A DNA stretch of 64,000 nt from Chrysomallon squamiferum. Taxonomy: Eukaryota > Animalia > Mollusca. The position numbers and the translations under genes were made by a program. Positions within the stretch are counted from its first letter, which is position 1, and the number at the start of each line of letters is the position of its first letter. A model generated the notes under the pieces. It was not told where the DNA came from and ran no database searches. It saw only the letters and a list, made by a program, of their open reading frames with translations. Shown one piece after another: positions 1-35,039 of the stretch. The stretch is from contig CM022666.1 of assembly GCA_012295275.1 (NCBI GenBank), positions 15,996,001-16,060,000 on the forward strand. The letters run 5' to 3'.

Positions 1-207
1 TAAATTATAAGAAAAGGACAAATTTGGAAAGGATAATTTATGAATTTCAAACTTATAACCATAGGTTGTTCTTTTTTTATTTTTGGGGGGGTTTTGGGTT
101 GTTGTTTTTTTTCAGCATAGTTCGGAAGAAATAAAATGGCTGGGAACAATTTAACTACTTTTAAAAAACCTTTAATTAACCCAGGTATTCGCTTTATCAA
201 TACATAC

Positions 208-225
208 CTTCCTTTCGACGTACAA
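208..225 (-). CDS. UGGT: candidate 18-nt symmetric microexon of UGGT (VVRRKE)
   Basis: Minus strand reads ...ttttgtgtaatag|TTGTACGTCGAAAGGAAG|gtatgt. It is phase 1-1, matches the phase-1 end of exon 1312-1216 and has no stop. No AG occurs on the minus strand for about 200 nt upstream (228-434). Confidence 0.45.
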
Positions 226-834
226 CTATTACACAAAAAGTAATTATAAAATGTGCAGAATGAAAGATGAACAAATTATAAACCAAAGAATAAATGAATA
301 ATAAATAAATTGAATATACAGTATGTGCATGTGCGTATGAATAAGTGTTTTCATGTATGTGACCCAATCCCACAGAATGTATATAGAGCAATATTTTTAA
401 ATATTATTTATTTGTTTATTTATTATTTCATTTTCTTTATATGTGTGTGTGTGTGTGTGTGTGTTTACATATATATATAAGCAATTTCATTTTGATCATT
501 AAATTTTTGTTATTTTTTAAAATAACTTCACCAATCTCAAAAGTATCATATTATGGATAATAAAAATATTTGTAATGCTGAATATTTCTATCTAAAAGAA
601 GTAAAAAAAAAAAACATACAAAAAAAACCTAATTAAATCTTTTCTGCTTTATCGTCAACTGTGAATGCCTGCTTGAATAAATAATTCATCAAAATATGTG
701 CATATTAGTTAGGATATAAAATCATTTTTGAATTAAAATTATTACTAGGGCAGTGAGTTGAAAATCGTTAATTTTATTTAGTTTCTGTGTTATTTGGAAT
801 TGCAGGATGAAAGAAGTAACTGGTTACCATCATC

Positions 835-920
835 AGATATCATCTTAGTCCTGCACAGGTCAAATGTCAAAGCCTCACTGCATCCAGCATTCTAACATTC
901 GCAGGATAAAACTGATATCT
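835..920 (-). ncRNA. predicted intronic RNA stem-loop (unknown function)
   Basis: Arms 835-854 and 901-920 pair (AGATATCA/TGATATCT, TCCTGC/GCAGGA). The inner stems 863-871/891-899 and 876-889 rely on G-U pairs that form only on the minus (UGGT sense) strand. Folded by eye. Confidence 0.35.
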
Positions 921-1215
921 TAAGACAGTAACTAATTGTTTCCTATATTCTTAATAAGATGTACTTTTTAACTATCTTTTTTCATATTTGTTATTATTAG
1001 ATATTGTTAATATTCAGATGATATTATATTACTATATAGTTATCTTCATATTACTTACTAATTTTAAATATATAAGTTTTATTAATATATTTAAAAACTT
1101 CAATTTTATTCTTAACCTCTTTTTCGTCTACTGTGTAGACAAGTTAATTAAATAAGTAATCTACTAGATAATTAATGTAGTTAGTTAAGTGTTTCAGACA
1201 AACTACTTCTCTAAC

Positions 1216-2786
1216 CTTCCACTTTGGTGTCATCTTTGGATTTGTATTCTGTGCTTTTTATGGCCAACTCGACCCCATAACCAGATAATCTTGCTTTTTT
1301 ACCATTTGGTTTCTGCAGAAAAAAACCACAATACAGAATGTCAGATCTTAGTACAGCAAAAACAAATAATTAGTTTATGATTTATCAGATTAGTATATTT
1401 CTTATACAACAAAAATAGAAGAAATATATCAATAAATAATATATCAATATCTATCAAACAATCAATCAATCAGTCTGTCTATATATTTAAATTGGCAAAA
1501 TCAAAAGATAATAAAATAAATAAAAAAACAAATAAATAATCATAACAAGTTAAATTTCTTACTATAAATAAATAAAATAATAATTATAGCAAATAATGAT
1601 ACCGCAGTCAGTATTAAAAATAAAATCATATTAAAATTAATAATTACTGTAATAGGTACAGTTGTAACAGCACAAATGAAATTAACCTGTAATAAGTACA
1701 AAATATCTTTATAAACCAACCCACCTGTACAAACCAACCCCACCTCTACAAATAACCCACCTGTACAAAGCAACCCACCTGTAAAAACCAACCCACCTGT
1801 ACATAGTGTCTAAGAATGTAGGTGATTTCCTTTCTACCAGACATTTCAGCCAGTGCTGCATGGAATTCTCTGAATGTTGATGTTCCAAGCTGCGCATACA
1901 AAACTACAACAACATCATCTGTTGTCATTCCAGGGAAAATGTGGTCGAACTTGTATACTGGAGACTTGGGTCTGAAAATAAGAAATATCTGTTTCACTAA
2001 GTGTATCAGTAATTACAAAAAACTCCTGTTAGTTTCTATTCATAGTGAGACTAGTCATTATTTGTAATCTTGATGAAGACAAGAAATTTAAAAAAAAGGA
2101 AAGAATGAAAATTAATTTTATAAAATAACAAGAAAAGAAAGAAAAAGAAAACATTTAAAATGGCGATGAACGTAATTAACTGGGTGAAATATACGTAAAC
2201 ATTAATAACTGATTTAACTAATAACATGAAAAAGCACAGAAAAGATTTCTTTTTGGTTTGGATGAACAAAAGAGTAAATTAGCACATGGAAGATTTTCAC
2301 CTTCATTTTCTGTTTAGATTAAAACATATATAAACATATGTGTGTGTCATAAATTAAAATACCTTTAACTGCTGTGATGAAATATAATTAATTTTAAAAA
2401 TACTTGTTTTACACATGTAAAACTTTGTATCATTAAATTTAACTAGTTATACCTCAAATAGATAATGATAGACAATGTTATACATTTTTTCTCATACATA
2501 TGATTACAATTACCTGTCTTTTGCAGTTTTCACCAGGTTTGAGATTTCTTTGATGTTACAGGTTGTGTTACCGTGAACTACAACAAAGGCCTCGCAGTCA
2601 GCAGGTGGGCTGTCCTGCTGTGCAATCTGAAATCAAACACAAAGTAAACAGTTTATATCAAACTTAGTTCTGTCATGTTGTTCTTGTGTGGTGTGGTAAT
2701 ACAATTATGAGATTCTACTTAAACCAGTTAAGTTATTAATGTGTGCCATATTTTCAGAAGAATTTAACATTCCACAAATAAAATAA

Positions 2787-2842
<56 letters not shown>

Positions 2843-5800
2843 GAAAATAAATAAATAAATAAATAATAAAGTACTTAAATTTTCTAATTATTAAATTAGA
2901 TGAAATGGTTAAATTAAGAAAATAGTCAAAACCTCTGAAACTAAATTTTTATTTATTTATTTATTGTCCTTTTTAATTATTTATTTATTTTTTATTTATT
3001 ATTATTTATTTACTTTTTACTCTTTTTTACTTATTTATTTTAACTGCAAGTAAATGATAAAGAATTTCTCTTGTTATGAAAAAATAAGTAAATAAACAAA
3101 TAAATATATTGTAAAAAAATAAATAAGTTTATAAATAAATAAATAAACAAATAAATAAGTAAATAAATAAATAAACAAACAAACAAACAAACAAACAACT
3201 AAATAAATAAACAAATAAGTAAACAAACAAACAAATAAACAAGTAAATAAATAAATAAATATATAAACAAATAAATAAACAAACAAACAAACAAATACCT
3301 GCTGAAACATCTGGACTGTGGGAGAGTAAATTCTCAGTGAAAGTGAAAATTTTAACAAACTCATCTGAACTGGAGACAGCACTTTTGACGCTGACTGTAG
3401 TAACACCTCATAAACTGACCGGTCACTTTCTGTGGAGATAAACACACAGGATATTCTCTTCACTGATAACAACAACAACAACAACAACAATGACAATGAC
3501 AATAATAGTAATAATGATAGTAATACTATAATAACAATGACAATGACAATAATAGTAATAGTAATAATAATAGTAACAGCAATAATAATAATAATAATAA
3601 TAATATTAGCAATAAAATAATATAATAATTATAGTAATAACAATAATAATAAGAAGAAAAATAACTGCAGCAAAATCAACAACAATAACAAACATATAAT
3701 GACAATAAGAAGATGAAGATGAAGAGAAGAAGAAAACTACGGGAAAACAGAAAAAACAAAATTTATTATAACAACAACATGAATATTTATCCAAAGAAAT
3801 CTCTGTATTAACTAATGAGAGCTCTGGCCAGATTGGGAAATATTTCAATATAAACTCTAATGAGGATTGATACTGAAAACACATATTCCTCACAGATAAA
3901 CAATGATGATTTTATTATTACATAAATTCAAAAAATAAATATGTAATTTTAGATCAGTATTGTAATCAGACATATGATATTTTAAAGTTTTCTATAATAC
4001 TTTCTAAGTTTATAAATTACATTCTACGAACACTGAATAAATGATATGAATACTTTAAGATAAATATGGACTGAAAAACATCAGTTATATGTTATATCCT
4101 TGAAATAATAGGCTTACTTTACAAAATTCAGGATTTTAAAAATAATTATATATGTTATTAGCTGTAAGCCATTCATAATTTTAATGGCTTTAAAAAATAA
4201 AAATAACAAAAGAAATCTTAACAGTTTCATGTAAAATTTACAATCTGCTTTTAACCTCTAGGCACATGCACAACTTTTATTTTAATTTTATTTTATTACT
4301 ATGTTTTAAATATATATATAAAATTTTAAAAATACAAAAAAGTGAAGAATTAATTACCTCTTCACCTTTTATTTGTTATTTTGGATGATTATTTTATTTT
4401 ATTTCTATTTCAGTTTCTATTGTGTTTTGTTTTTTTCTTTTACATTTTAACTTTTTAATTTCCTTTTCATATTTTTGATATTTAATTTATTGAAGTTTTT
4501 ACTTCTATTATATTTTTTTTAATTTTTTTTTTTTTTTATTAATATATTTTTTATTATTAGTATTATTATTATTTATGAAATTGTACAGTCATAATTCAGT
4601 CTGTTATGTGAATGTTTGATTCAGCTTTTATGTTTACTTTACCTCCTTTAAATCCATCTGGTTTCTGCTTGCAAATTGTTTGAACAAAAGACCAGAAATC
4701 ATCTTTTGAATCCTGTGCCAAGTATTCACTATATAAAAAAAAAAAATGTATAATATGATTATATGTAAAATAAAAAATTAACCAAAATGAACAGATTTTG
4801 AATTATAATAAACATGTGTGCCTATATGTGGGTGTGTGTGTGTGTGTGTGTGTGTGTGTTTATTCTTCATGTATAAATACAATAAAATATAAATAGGAGT
4901 GTTGTATTTTAAATACACAGTATATAGCAGTATAACAGACATACACACACACATGTATGTACATATATATATATGTGTGTCTGTGTATGTACATCAAACT
5001 CACACAAACACATAACCTACACAGTATTCACCCTTGAATAGATCATACTTGTATACAAATAACATTTAAAAAAATGATGCTTATTACCCAACACAATAAC
5101 ATCACAGTAACAATATGCTTAAAAAATTGTTTATAAATACATAGTGTAAATAAATACATAGTGTTTATGAAATGAACATAGACAGTGACAGATTCACAGA
5201 ATATGCATATTCCATTTACATTTTTTAAACTGTGTACAAAATTCATGTTAACTTGTGTGACTTACAGAAGAGTAAACACTCTATGTGTATTGATAACATT
5301 AAAATGTAAAATAAGAAAAATAAAATTAAAGTATGTTCGCTGATGAAAAGTCTTTGCTATCTTTAATTTTTTTTTAAATTGTTCCTTATGAAACAGAAAA
5401 AGAATAATAGCAAAGTATCAGAATATTATATCTAATAGTCTAATATGAATATCAAACTGTCTGTTCAAAACAAAATGGAAAGAAAATAATAAAAAATAAA
5501 AAATAAAAATAAAAAAGAATAAAAGAAGTAGGTATCTATGGTAAAATAAAAACTTTGATAACATTTTTAGTACATGAAAATTATTTTATTTATATCCAGC
5601 AATTACAAATTGGTTCAATGCTATGGTTTATTATTTTTTCATTTTATGGGTAATTCCTAATTAAAAACAAAATTTAAGAGAATATTACCAATATTTCTTA
5701 ATCATAAAAATAAATAAAGATTAATACTGTTTCTGAAAATATTTTTTGAAATTCAATATCATGTAAACTAAATAAAAGATAAGTAAATAAAATATAATGT

Positions 5801-6817
5801 CAGTATTTAGATATTTTACAACTCTATTATTGTTATGTTTTGTTATTAATATCTAACACTGTTTGACAACAATAAATAAAACAACATGTTGGAACAATGC
5901 AGAATGAATTTAAACTGCTGGTTCAGAAAACTAAAGATAAATTTTAAATCATAAAATAAGCTGTTTTTCGCTGGGGTTTTTTTTGGTTTTTTTAAATTAA
6001 TGCTGAAATAAACTTTACTAACTAACCTTGTTTCCAGTAACAGAGGTGTAGACGGCCATTTGGCATCGAGAGAGATAGCTACATGTTTCGACTTGGCATG
6101 TATGTTATAAATATTAAATACAAGTATTAACAAAAAATATGTCTGGCTGAGTCTCTTAGCCATCTGAAAAAGAGATGATAATGATAATAATAATGGTGGT
6201 AGTGGTAGCAGTAGTAGCAGTAGTAGCAGTAGCTGACAAATAATAGTAATAATGAGTAAACAACAATACAATAACAATTATGAAAATGAAAAAATGTTAT
6301 TAATTAACAATAAACACTATATTGTTAATTTAAAATAACAATGTCTAATCTCGTTAAATTCACAACTGTTATATTTTATTCATAATTGTCACTAAACTGT
6401 TTAAAACATAAATGATAAACATATGATATATAATCTATTATTCTATATTTATAATTTTAATTATTACATGTCCAAACAATACGAATGTGATTTGTAACTC
6501 TCGAAATCATTAAAAATAACTATACTAAGTTACAAGTGTATTTAAACTATGAGACACTGACAGTGACATTATATGATTAGTCACAATTTACTATTTTAAA
6601 TATTTAGTGACAAACTGAAATTATCATTACTCTTAAAATGCTAAATTACCAATAATTTGTATTATATGTTTACAAATAAATATTTACTATGCAGCGTCAG
6701 CTTTACAGAATATTTAGCCACTAAATTATAATTCATTCAAATAGTATCACAGCCAAGATAATGCAAAAAGGAAAAATGTGTACAAAATCCACGACTCACT
6801 TTCCTGGACGCAGACAT
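1216..6817 (-). CDS. UGGT: UDP-glucose:glycoprotein glucosyltransferase, 5' portion (gene continues past left edge)
   Basis: Exons with GT-AG ends and consistent phases: 6817-6800 (MSASRK), 6163-6027 (signal peptide-like stretch + AKSKHVAISLDAKWPSTPLLLET), 4728-4643 (SEYLAQDSKDDFWSFV), 3429-3299 (LLKFSLSLRIYSPTVQMFQQ), 2626-2514 (IAQQDSPPADCEAFVVVHG), 1971-1797 (FDHIFP...YILRHYVQ), 1312-1216 (RLSGYGVELAIKSTEYKSKDDTKVE). These match UGGT1 N-terminal motifs as recalled (KWFSTPLLLEASE, LSLRSYS, LSGYGVELAIKSTEYKAKDD). The start may be at 6817 or at the in-frame ATG 6163. Confidence 0.93.
1718..1803 (-). repeat. 18-19 bp tandem repeat x5 containing the UGGT exon-6 splice donor
   Basis: Plus-strand unit AACCCACCTGTACAAA(C/G)C, i.e. 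minus GTACAG|GTGGGTT. The copy at 1790-1803 is the real donor. Confidence 0.9.
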
Positions 6818-7140
6818 GTTATAGATTCGGTTATGATGTGGTTTGTCTTGATTGGTTTAAATTAAATTCATTTATATTTAACTACAAATAATTATAAAAA
6901 TCTTTACGTTATAACTTATTTTAAATAATATTATAATAAAAAATATGTTTGAGCAGTTGTTATATAATTAATAATAAAAATATATATTCCCGCAGAAAAT
7001 TCGTCTGCTATAAACTGACCGCTGTGATTCAGCTTTTATGGTAGCTGTGGCAGTTTCCGTTGATAAACTGTTTTCGTAATATGAATCCCGACATGAAACG
7101 AGTAACCAAACGGAAATTCGAGAAGATTAAATACAGTGAA
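6818..7140. promoter_or_regulatory. probable UGGT promoter region
   Basis: Lies immediately upstream of the first UGGT exon. ATTGG (CCAAT on minus) near 6851 and locally more CpG. Inferred from position only. Confidence 0.4.
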
Positions 7141-7487
7141 TAACTTATTTGATTTCTGTATTAAGAGACTTTATATTATCTTTAATGATCTGGTTTTATT
7201 TATTTACGTGCTTACTTACTTACTTATTATCATCATCAAATTACCATCAGCTTCATGCACTTCATCATCGTTGTTATTGATGTTACTGTTGTATGTATGC
7301 ATGCATGCATGTGTGTATGTATGTATATATGTATGTATGTGTGTATTCATGTGTGTATCTACTATGTATGTATGTATGCATGTATGTATGTATTAATTCT
7401 ATATACGTCAATCGAGTATTCAATTCTTAATTAACTATTATTTTGATTTTAACATGCTTCGAGTTTGTAAATAAATATTCGAAATAA

Positions 7488-7491
<4 letters not shown>

Positions 7492-7553
<62 letters not shown>
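7492..7553. repeat. (TA)n microsatellite
   Basis: Perfect TA run. Confidence 0.95.
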
Positions 7554-7558
<5 letters not shown>

Positions 7559-7799
7559 TATAAATGCTTTACGAATTTATAGTTTTCGCAGTGAGTTATC
7601 ATACTATATTACATTTTATAATAAATGTCCTTGAAAAGTTTAATTTGAAAACCATGTAAATTTCGTAATTCAGTAAGAAGTGATGGACAATGTTACGTTG
7701 CTTCAAAGAAAAATTCATTACTCATTCGTATTGCCAATTTTAAATGACCTTTTTATTTACATTTATTTTACTTTTTACTTTTCTACTTTTATTATTATT

Positions 7800-7828
7800 A
7801 GTAGTAGTAGTAATAATAGTAGTAATAA

Positions 7829-7878
<50 letters not shown>
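7800..7878. repeat. (TAG)n/(TAA)n microsatellite
   Basis: Visible trinucleotide run. Confidence 0.9.
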
Positions 7879-7879
<1 letters not shown>

Positions 7880-8147
7880 GCTGTTGCTGTTGTTGTCATT
7901 CCTGTTATCGTTCTGGTTTTTTTTATTCTAGTTACAGAATTTTAATAATAATGATGATGATGATGATGATAATATAACATTAACGTTATTGTTGTTGTTG
8001 TTGTTTTATTGTCTTGTTTCAACTGTTCTTTCAAACACGTATTTCTGTATTTTTCATCAAATAACACACACATTTATTATATTTATCTATGTCTATCTAT
8101 CTATCTATCTATATATATATTATACACACACACATATACATACATAC

Positions 8148-8185
<38 letters not shown>

Positions 8186-8367
8186 ATAGGTTATTCTCTT
8201 CAGATATCAGTTTTATCTACAATAATAGGAATACCGATTATAAACAACAAAACCAAAAAGGTTTTAAATAACAACAATTTATTTATTATCTAAATAAAAA
8301 TCGTTTGTCAGACTTTTTTCTTTTAAGATCGGCACCAGCAATTACTTCAGCGATTACAGTAAATACA

Positions 8368-8407
<40 letters not shown>

Positions 8408-8414
8408 TCATACA

Positions 8415-10460
8415 ACACCATCAGTGATACAGAGATACTTCTAAAACACAAAGAGTAATACAGACATACTATGAAATACATACAACACAAACAGTGATAC
8501 AGATGTACCTATAAAATACAAACAGTGATACAAACGTACATATAAACACAAACAGAAATACAAACGTACATATAAAACACAAACAACACAAACTGTGGAA
8601 CAGACGTACATATAAAACACAAACAACACAAACAGTGATACAGGTGTACATATAAAACACAAACAACACAAACAGTGATACACACGTACATATCAAACAC
8701 AAAAAAGCCCAGTGATACAGGCGTACATATAAAACACAAACAACACAAACAGTGATACAGGCGTACATACAACACACAAACAACACAACCAGTGATACAC
8801 ACGTACATATAAAACACAATCAACACAAACTGTGATACACACGTACGTATCAAACACAAAAAACCCCAGTGATACAGGCGTACATATAAAACACAAACAG
8901 CACAAACTATGATACACACGTACATACAACACACAAACAACACAAACTGTGATGCAGGCGTACATATAAAACACAGTGATACACACGTACATATCAAACA
9001 CAAACTGTGATACACACGTACGTATCAAACACAAACTGTGATACACACGTACATATAAAACACAAACAGTGATACACACGTGCATATAAAACACAAACAG
9101 TGATACACACGTACAAATAAAACAGAAACAACACAAACTGTGATACACACATACATATAAAACACAAACAACACAAACAGTGATACACACGTACATATCA
9201 AACACAAACTGTGATACACACGTACATACAGCACACAAACAACACAAACAGTGATACACACGTACAAACAACACACAAACAACACAAACAGTGATACACA
9301 CGTACAAACAACACACAAACAACACAAACAGTGATACACACGTACATACAGCACACAAACAACACAAACTGTGATACACACGTACATATCAAACACAAAA
9401 ACCCCCAGTGATACAGGCGTACATATAAAACACAAACAACACAAACAGTGATACACACGTACATATAAAACACAAACAACACAAACAGTGATACACACGT
9501 ACATACAGCGCACAAACAACACAAACTGTGATACACACGTACATATCAAACACAAAAAACCCAGTGATACAGGCGTACATATAAAACACAAACAACACAA
9601 ACAGTGATACAGGCGTACATACAACACACAAACAACACAAACTGTGATACACACGTACATATAAAACACAAACAACACAAACAGTGATACAGGCGTACAT
9701 ACAACACACAAACAACACACACTGTGATACACACGTACATATAAAACACAAACAACACAAACAGTGATACACACGTACATATCAAACACAAACAGTGATA
9801 CACACGTACATATCAAACACAAACAGTGATACACACGTACATATAAAACACAAACAATACAGTGATACACACGTACATATCAAACACAAACAGTGATACA
9901 CACGTACATATCAAACACAAACTGTGATACACACGTACATATAAAACACAAACAGTGATACACACGTACATACAGCACACAAACAACACAAACAGTAATA
10001 CACACGTACAAACAACACACAAACAACACAAACAGTGATACAGACGTACATACAGCACACAAACAACACAAACAGTAATACACACGTACATACAGCACAC
10101 AAACAACACAAACAGTAATACACACGTACATACAACACACAAACAACAGAAACAGTAATACACACGTACAAACAACACAAACAGTGATACAGACGTATAT
10201 ATAAAACACAAACTGTGATACACATGTACATATAAAACACAAACAGTAATACACACGTACATACAGCACACAAACAACACAAACAGTAATACACACGTAC
10301 ATACAACACACAAACAACACAAACTGTGATACACACGTACATATAAAACACAAACAGCAATACACACGTACATATAAAACAGAAACAATACAAACTGTGA
10401 TACACACGTATATATAAAACACAAACTATGACACACACGTACATACAACACACACACAGA
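8415..10460. repeat. ~2 kb composite minisatellite, units of 31 and 40 bp
   Basis: Unit AAACACAAAC[AACACAAAC]AGTGATACACACGTACATAT with an optional 9-bp module. It is degenerate at the left end and produces the C/V/Y-rich pseudo-ORFs in the track. Confidence 0.97.
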
Positions 10461-11690
10461 CGTAGATGATGGAAACGATTATCAGGAGATCTCTTGAGCC
10501 TTTCTCCGGGCTGGAGTTAAAAAGAAAACATCTCGGAAGCTCGGTTACTTTACTCCACGGAGAATACACCATGCGACTGACGAGGCACCAACACACCGGC
10601 GTCACAGACCTAAGTATCGATCAGCGAGCCGGCTTGGCTAACAGTACTGCAGTCTCAATGTAAAGATAATTGTGCCTACTATTTTCTCTGGAAGAGAATC
10701 TATTTGTTTGGCTCGAAAGGCTTGCACGGCAGCCCATTGTCGTTCGAGTTCCATCGTAATGACTCGCTCTTTGTTGTGCTAGTGATGACAGTTTCTGCGA
10801 GTGTAAAATCGCCCGTCTCTCGTGTGCCGTTGTCAAGTTCCATCTGAATAACATGTCTTGAATACGAGCGAGCGAAAGATGAATCGTCCGTTTTCGGCGC
10901 ACGGCCACGTTGTTGGGTTTGTACGTACGTACTTGGCGGTGTGCGCGGTGTTTCTGAGACAGTTTCAAACAATGGAAGAAGCAGATGGCTGTCGGAAGTC
11001 GGCGTCACGGCAGAAGGCAACACACTGCTGACGTGTTTAAGAACAGGCGCACTCATGGTGTCTCTAAGTTTGACGTGCTGGGAAATACATAACTAGTGTC
11101 GACGTTGTTTGCGTCGTAGATGTTGTGTTTTTTTTTTTTTTTTTCTGTGAAATGAAGATTTTTCTTTTCTGCACAGTCCACGCTGGAATTTCGCCTTCAC
11201 ATTGCACTGATGTACGTAATTGATTGTGTTCGACGAAACGCGGGTTTCTTATCGAGTGTATGAATATCATACCTAGCAGGGTTTTTCTTAACAAGAGTTT
11301 GCGTGTGGAAAGGAAGTTTTCCAAGTTTATTATTTAGTGTATGCACATAAATATTATACCTTGCAGGTATTTTTATCACGTGTACATATTATTTCGTGGT
11401 AACCAATTTCGTTGATTTCTTGTTGCCTGTATGTATGAGGAAAAGTAGCTTTCCAGATTTCTTCTCGAGTCCACATATACGGGAAACGTAACGTAGCCCT
11501 GCAGTATGTCATTTTGTTTACCTACATAAAACTAAAACTACGTAGATTTATTTTTTCGAATGTACGTTCGTGAAAATGTAAATGTAACATTCAAGATTTT
11601 AATTTTTTTTTTCTCGTTCGGATGCATATGAAAACAGGGTTTTGCAGATCTCTTTTTGCGTGTGCGCGCGTGAACGTCATTCTCGTAGCA
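10460..11690 (+). promoter_or_regulatory. CpG-richer unique region upstream of the UNC-93-like gene (promoter/5' UTR)
   Basis: Abrupt rise in GC and CpG after the minisatellite. A possible 5'-UTR acceptor TTTTGCAG lies at 11640-11647, just upstream of ATG 11693. Confidence 0.4.
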
Positions 11691-11692
11691 TT

Positions 11693-33340
<21,648 letters not shown>

Positions 33341-34420
33341 TTCATCATTTTCTTTGTTTTAAATACTCAGCTATCAGTTAACAAAGAAAAGTGAAACTGT
33401 TATTTTAACTTTTTGTTTTATCATTCTCACCCTACTTTTTGTTATTTCATTCTTTTTCTCTTAATTAATCTGGGTTTTTTTGTGAAAGAAAGAAATACTG
33501 AATTACAATACAAATTAGCTTTTATTTAAAATACGTTTATTAACACTCAGTGACGTCATTTTGAGTATGAAGTGTGATGGATTCGTATAGCGATCTGCCT
33601 GGATTAGTGAGAACTACGTAACTGATTAGTTAAGAACATTTTTTTCTTGTTGTTATTAATCAATCTTTTTCTTAAGGACAATTATCAGCATATTCTTTAA
33701 GGACTGAATAGTTAGAGATATCATCATTTATTCTTTTACAACTGTTTTCAGTAATACTTATTTATCTATCTATTTATTTGTTTATTTGTTTTACTTTCTT
33801 ATTTATTCTTTTTGAACAATTAATGAAAATCATTTCTATACGTCTGTTTGATTGTATAACTCTGTATGTATGTACGTATATCTGTATGTGTGTGTATATA
33901 TGTCTATGTATTTAAGTGTGTGTACGTTTGTGTTTGTGTGTGCGTGCGTACGTACGTATGTGTGTCTGCATTTATATATATTTCTTTTAAACACAGTTCA
34001 CCATTACCTTCGAGAAACATCAGATGAAAACCAGTCAATATTTTTATTTAATGGCAGTGGTTGTCATGGAGATGTGGACCTCCTAACTTCTAGTTGTGAT
34101 TTCTCTTTTTGTGTAATTAAATGAGCAGTCACAGGAATATGAAAACACGCACACTCAGACTATCATACATTTTATTACTTCAGCACTGATAAACACAGTC
34201 ATCTTTTGAACAGAAGACAGAGTATTTAATTAACATATACGTAGATAGGTCATCAAATACAATAACAGATATGTGCTCTGTTATAATCTACACATACGTA
34301 GTGTAGATATGCACTGTTGTAGATTAAAGGTTTTCATGTATCTCAGGACTGGACTATAATAGGATCAAATCCTCTTTAGTAAAAGTATTTATTTATTTAT
34401 TTATATAATTGTTATTGTTG

Positions 34421-34476
<56 letters not shown>

Positions 34477-34935
34477 TATTTGTTTGTTTGTTTGTTTGTT
34501 TGTTTGTTTGTTTGTTTGTTTGTTTGTTTTTTGGGGTATTTTTTTTACCCCATTCCAGTATGAACTTACAGGCCATAAACTTACAAGATTTTTATGATAA
34601 GCTATGTCTTGTAATTTACGTAATTCCGAGCTGTCATGGGATCGATTCCAACTAGTGGTTTCAGCCACAGCTAATATACAAAACCAAGACTCATGTTCTT
34701 CCAAATAATTCTACAACTCACTAACAGACTTAGAAAAACCGCAGTCTTTGCTGAATCTTGTAAACAAGACCAAAGGTATCTGAACATTCAAAGGACTTTA
34801 AAAAATGTCAGTTTTATTTATAGCAGGTGATAATTATCATTTTCTTTTATTATAATTTATATGAATGATATACTATCTTTACCTCATTATTTACTTCAAC
34901 TTCCAGTTTTTAATTTATTGTTGTTGCTGTTGTTC

Positions 34936-34980
<45 letters not shown>

Positions 34981-35006
34981 CTATTATTGTTATTACTGTT
35001 AATATT

Positions 35007-35039
<33 letters not shown>

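Noticed and set aside
7081-7143. Short plus-strand ORF MNPDMKRVTKRKFEKIKYSE* divergent from UGGT
   Set aside because: Only 20 codons, with a weak possible donor and no downstream exon I could link; cannot support a gene.
8441-10457. Many overlapping 100-280 aa Cys/Val/Tyr-rich ORFs on the minus strand
   Set aside because: Translations of the stop-poor minisatellite in all three frames; no splice or codon evidence of a gene.
8415-10460. CRISPR-like regular spacing of repeats (also 20803-22700, 29540-30090, 61499-62013)
   Set aside because: No unique spacers, no cas genes, eukaryotic intron-rich context; these are tandem repeats.
10466-11056. 65-118 aa ORFs in the GC-richer region upstream of UNC-93
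   Set aside because: No recognisable homology or splice structure; likely promoter or UTR sequence.
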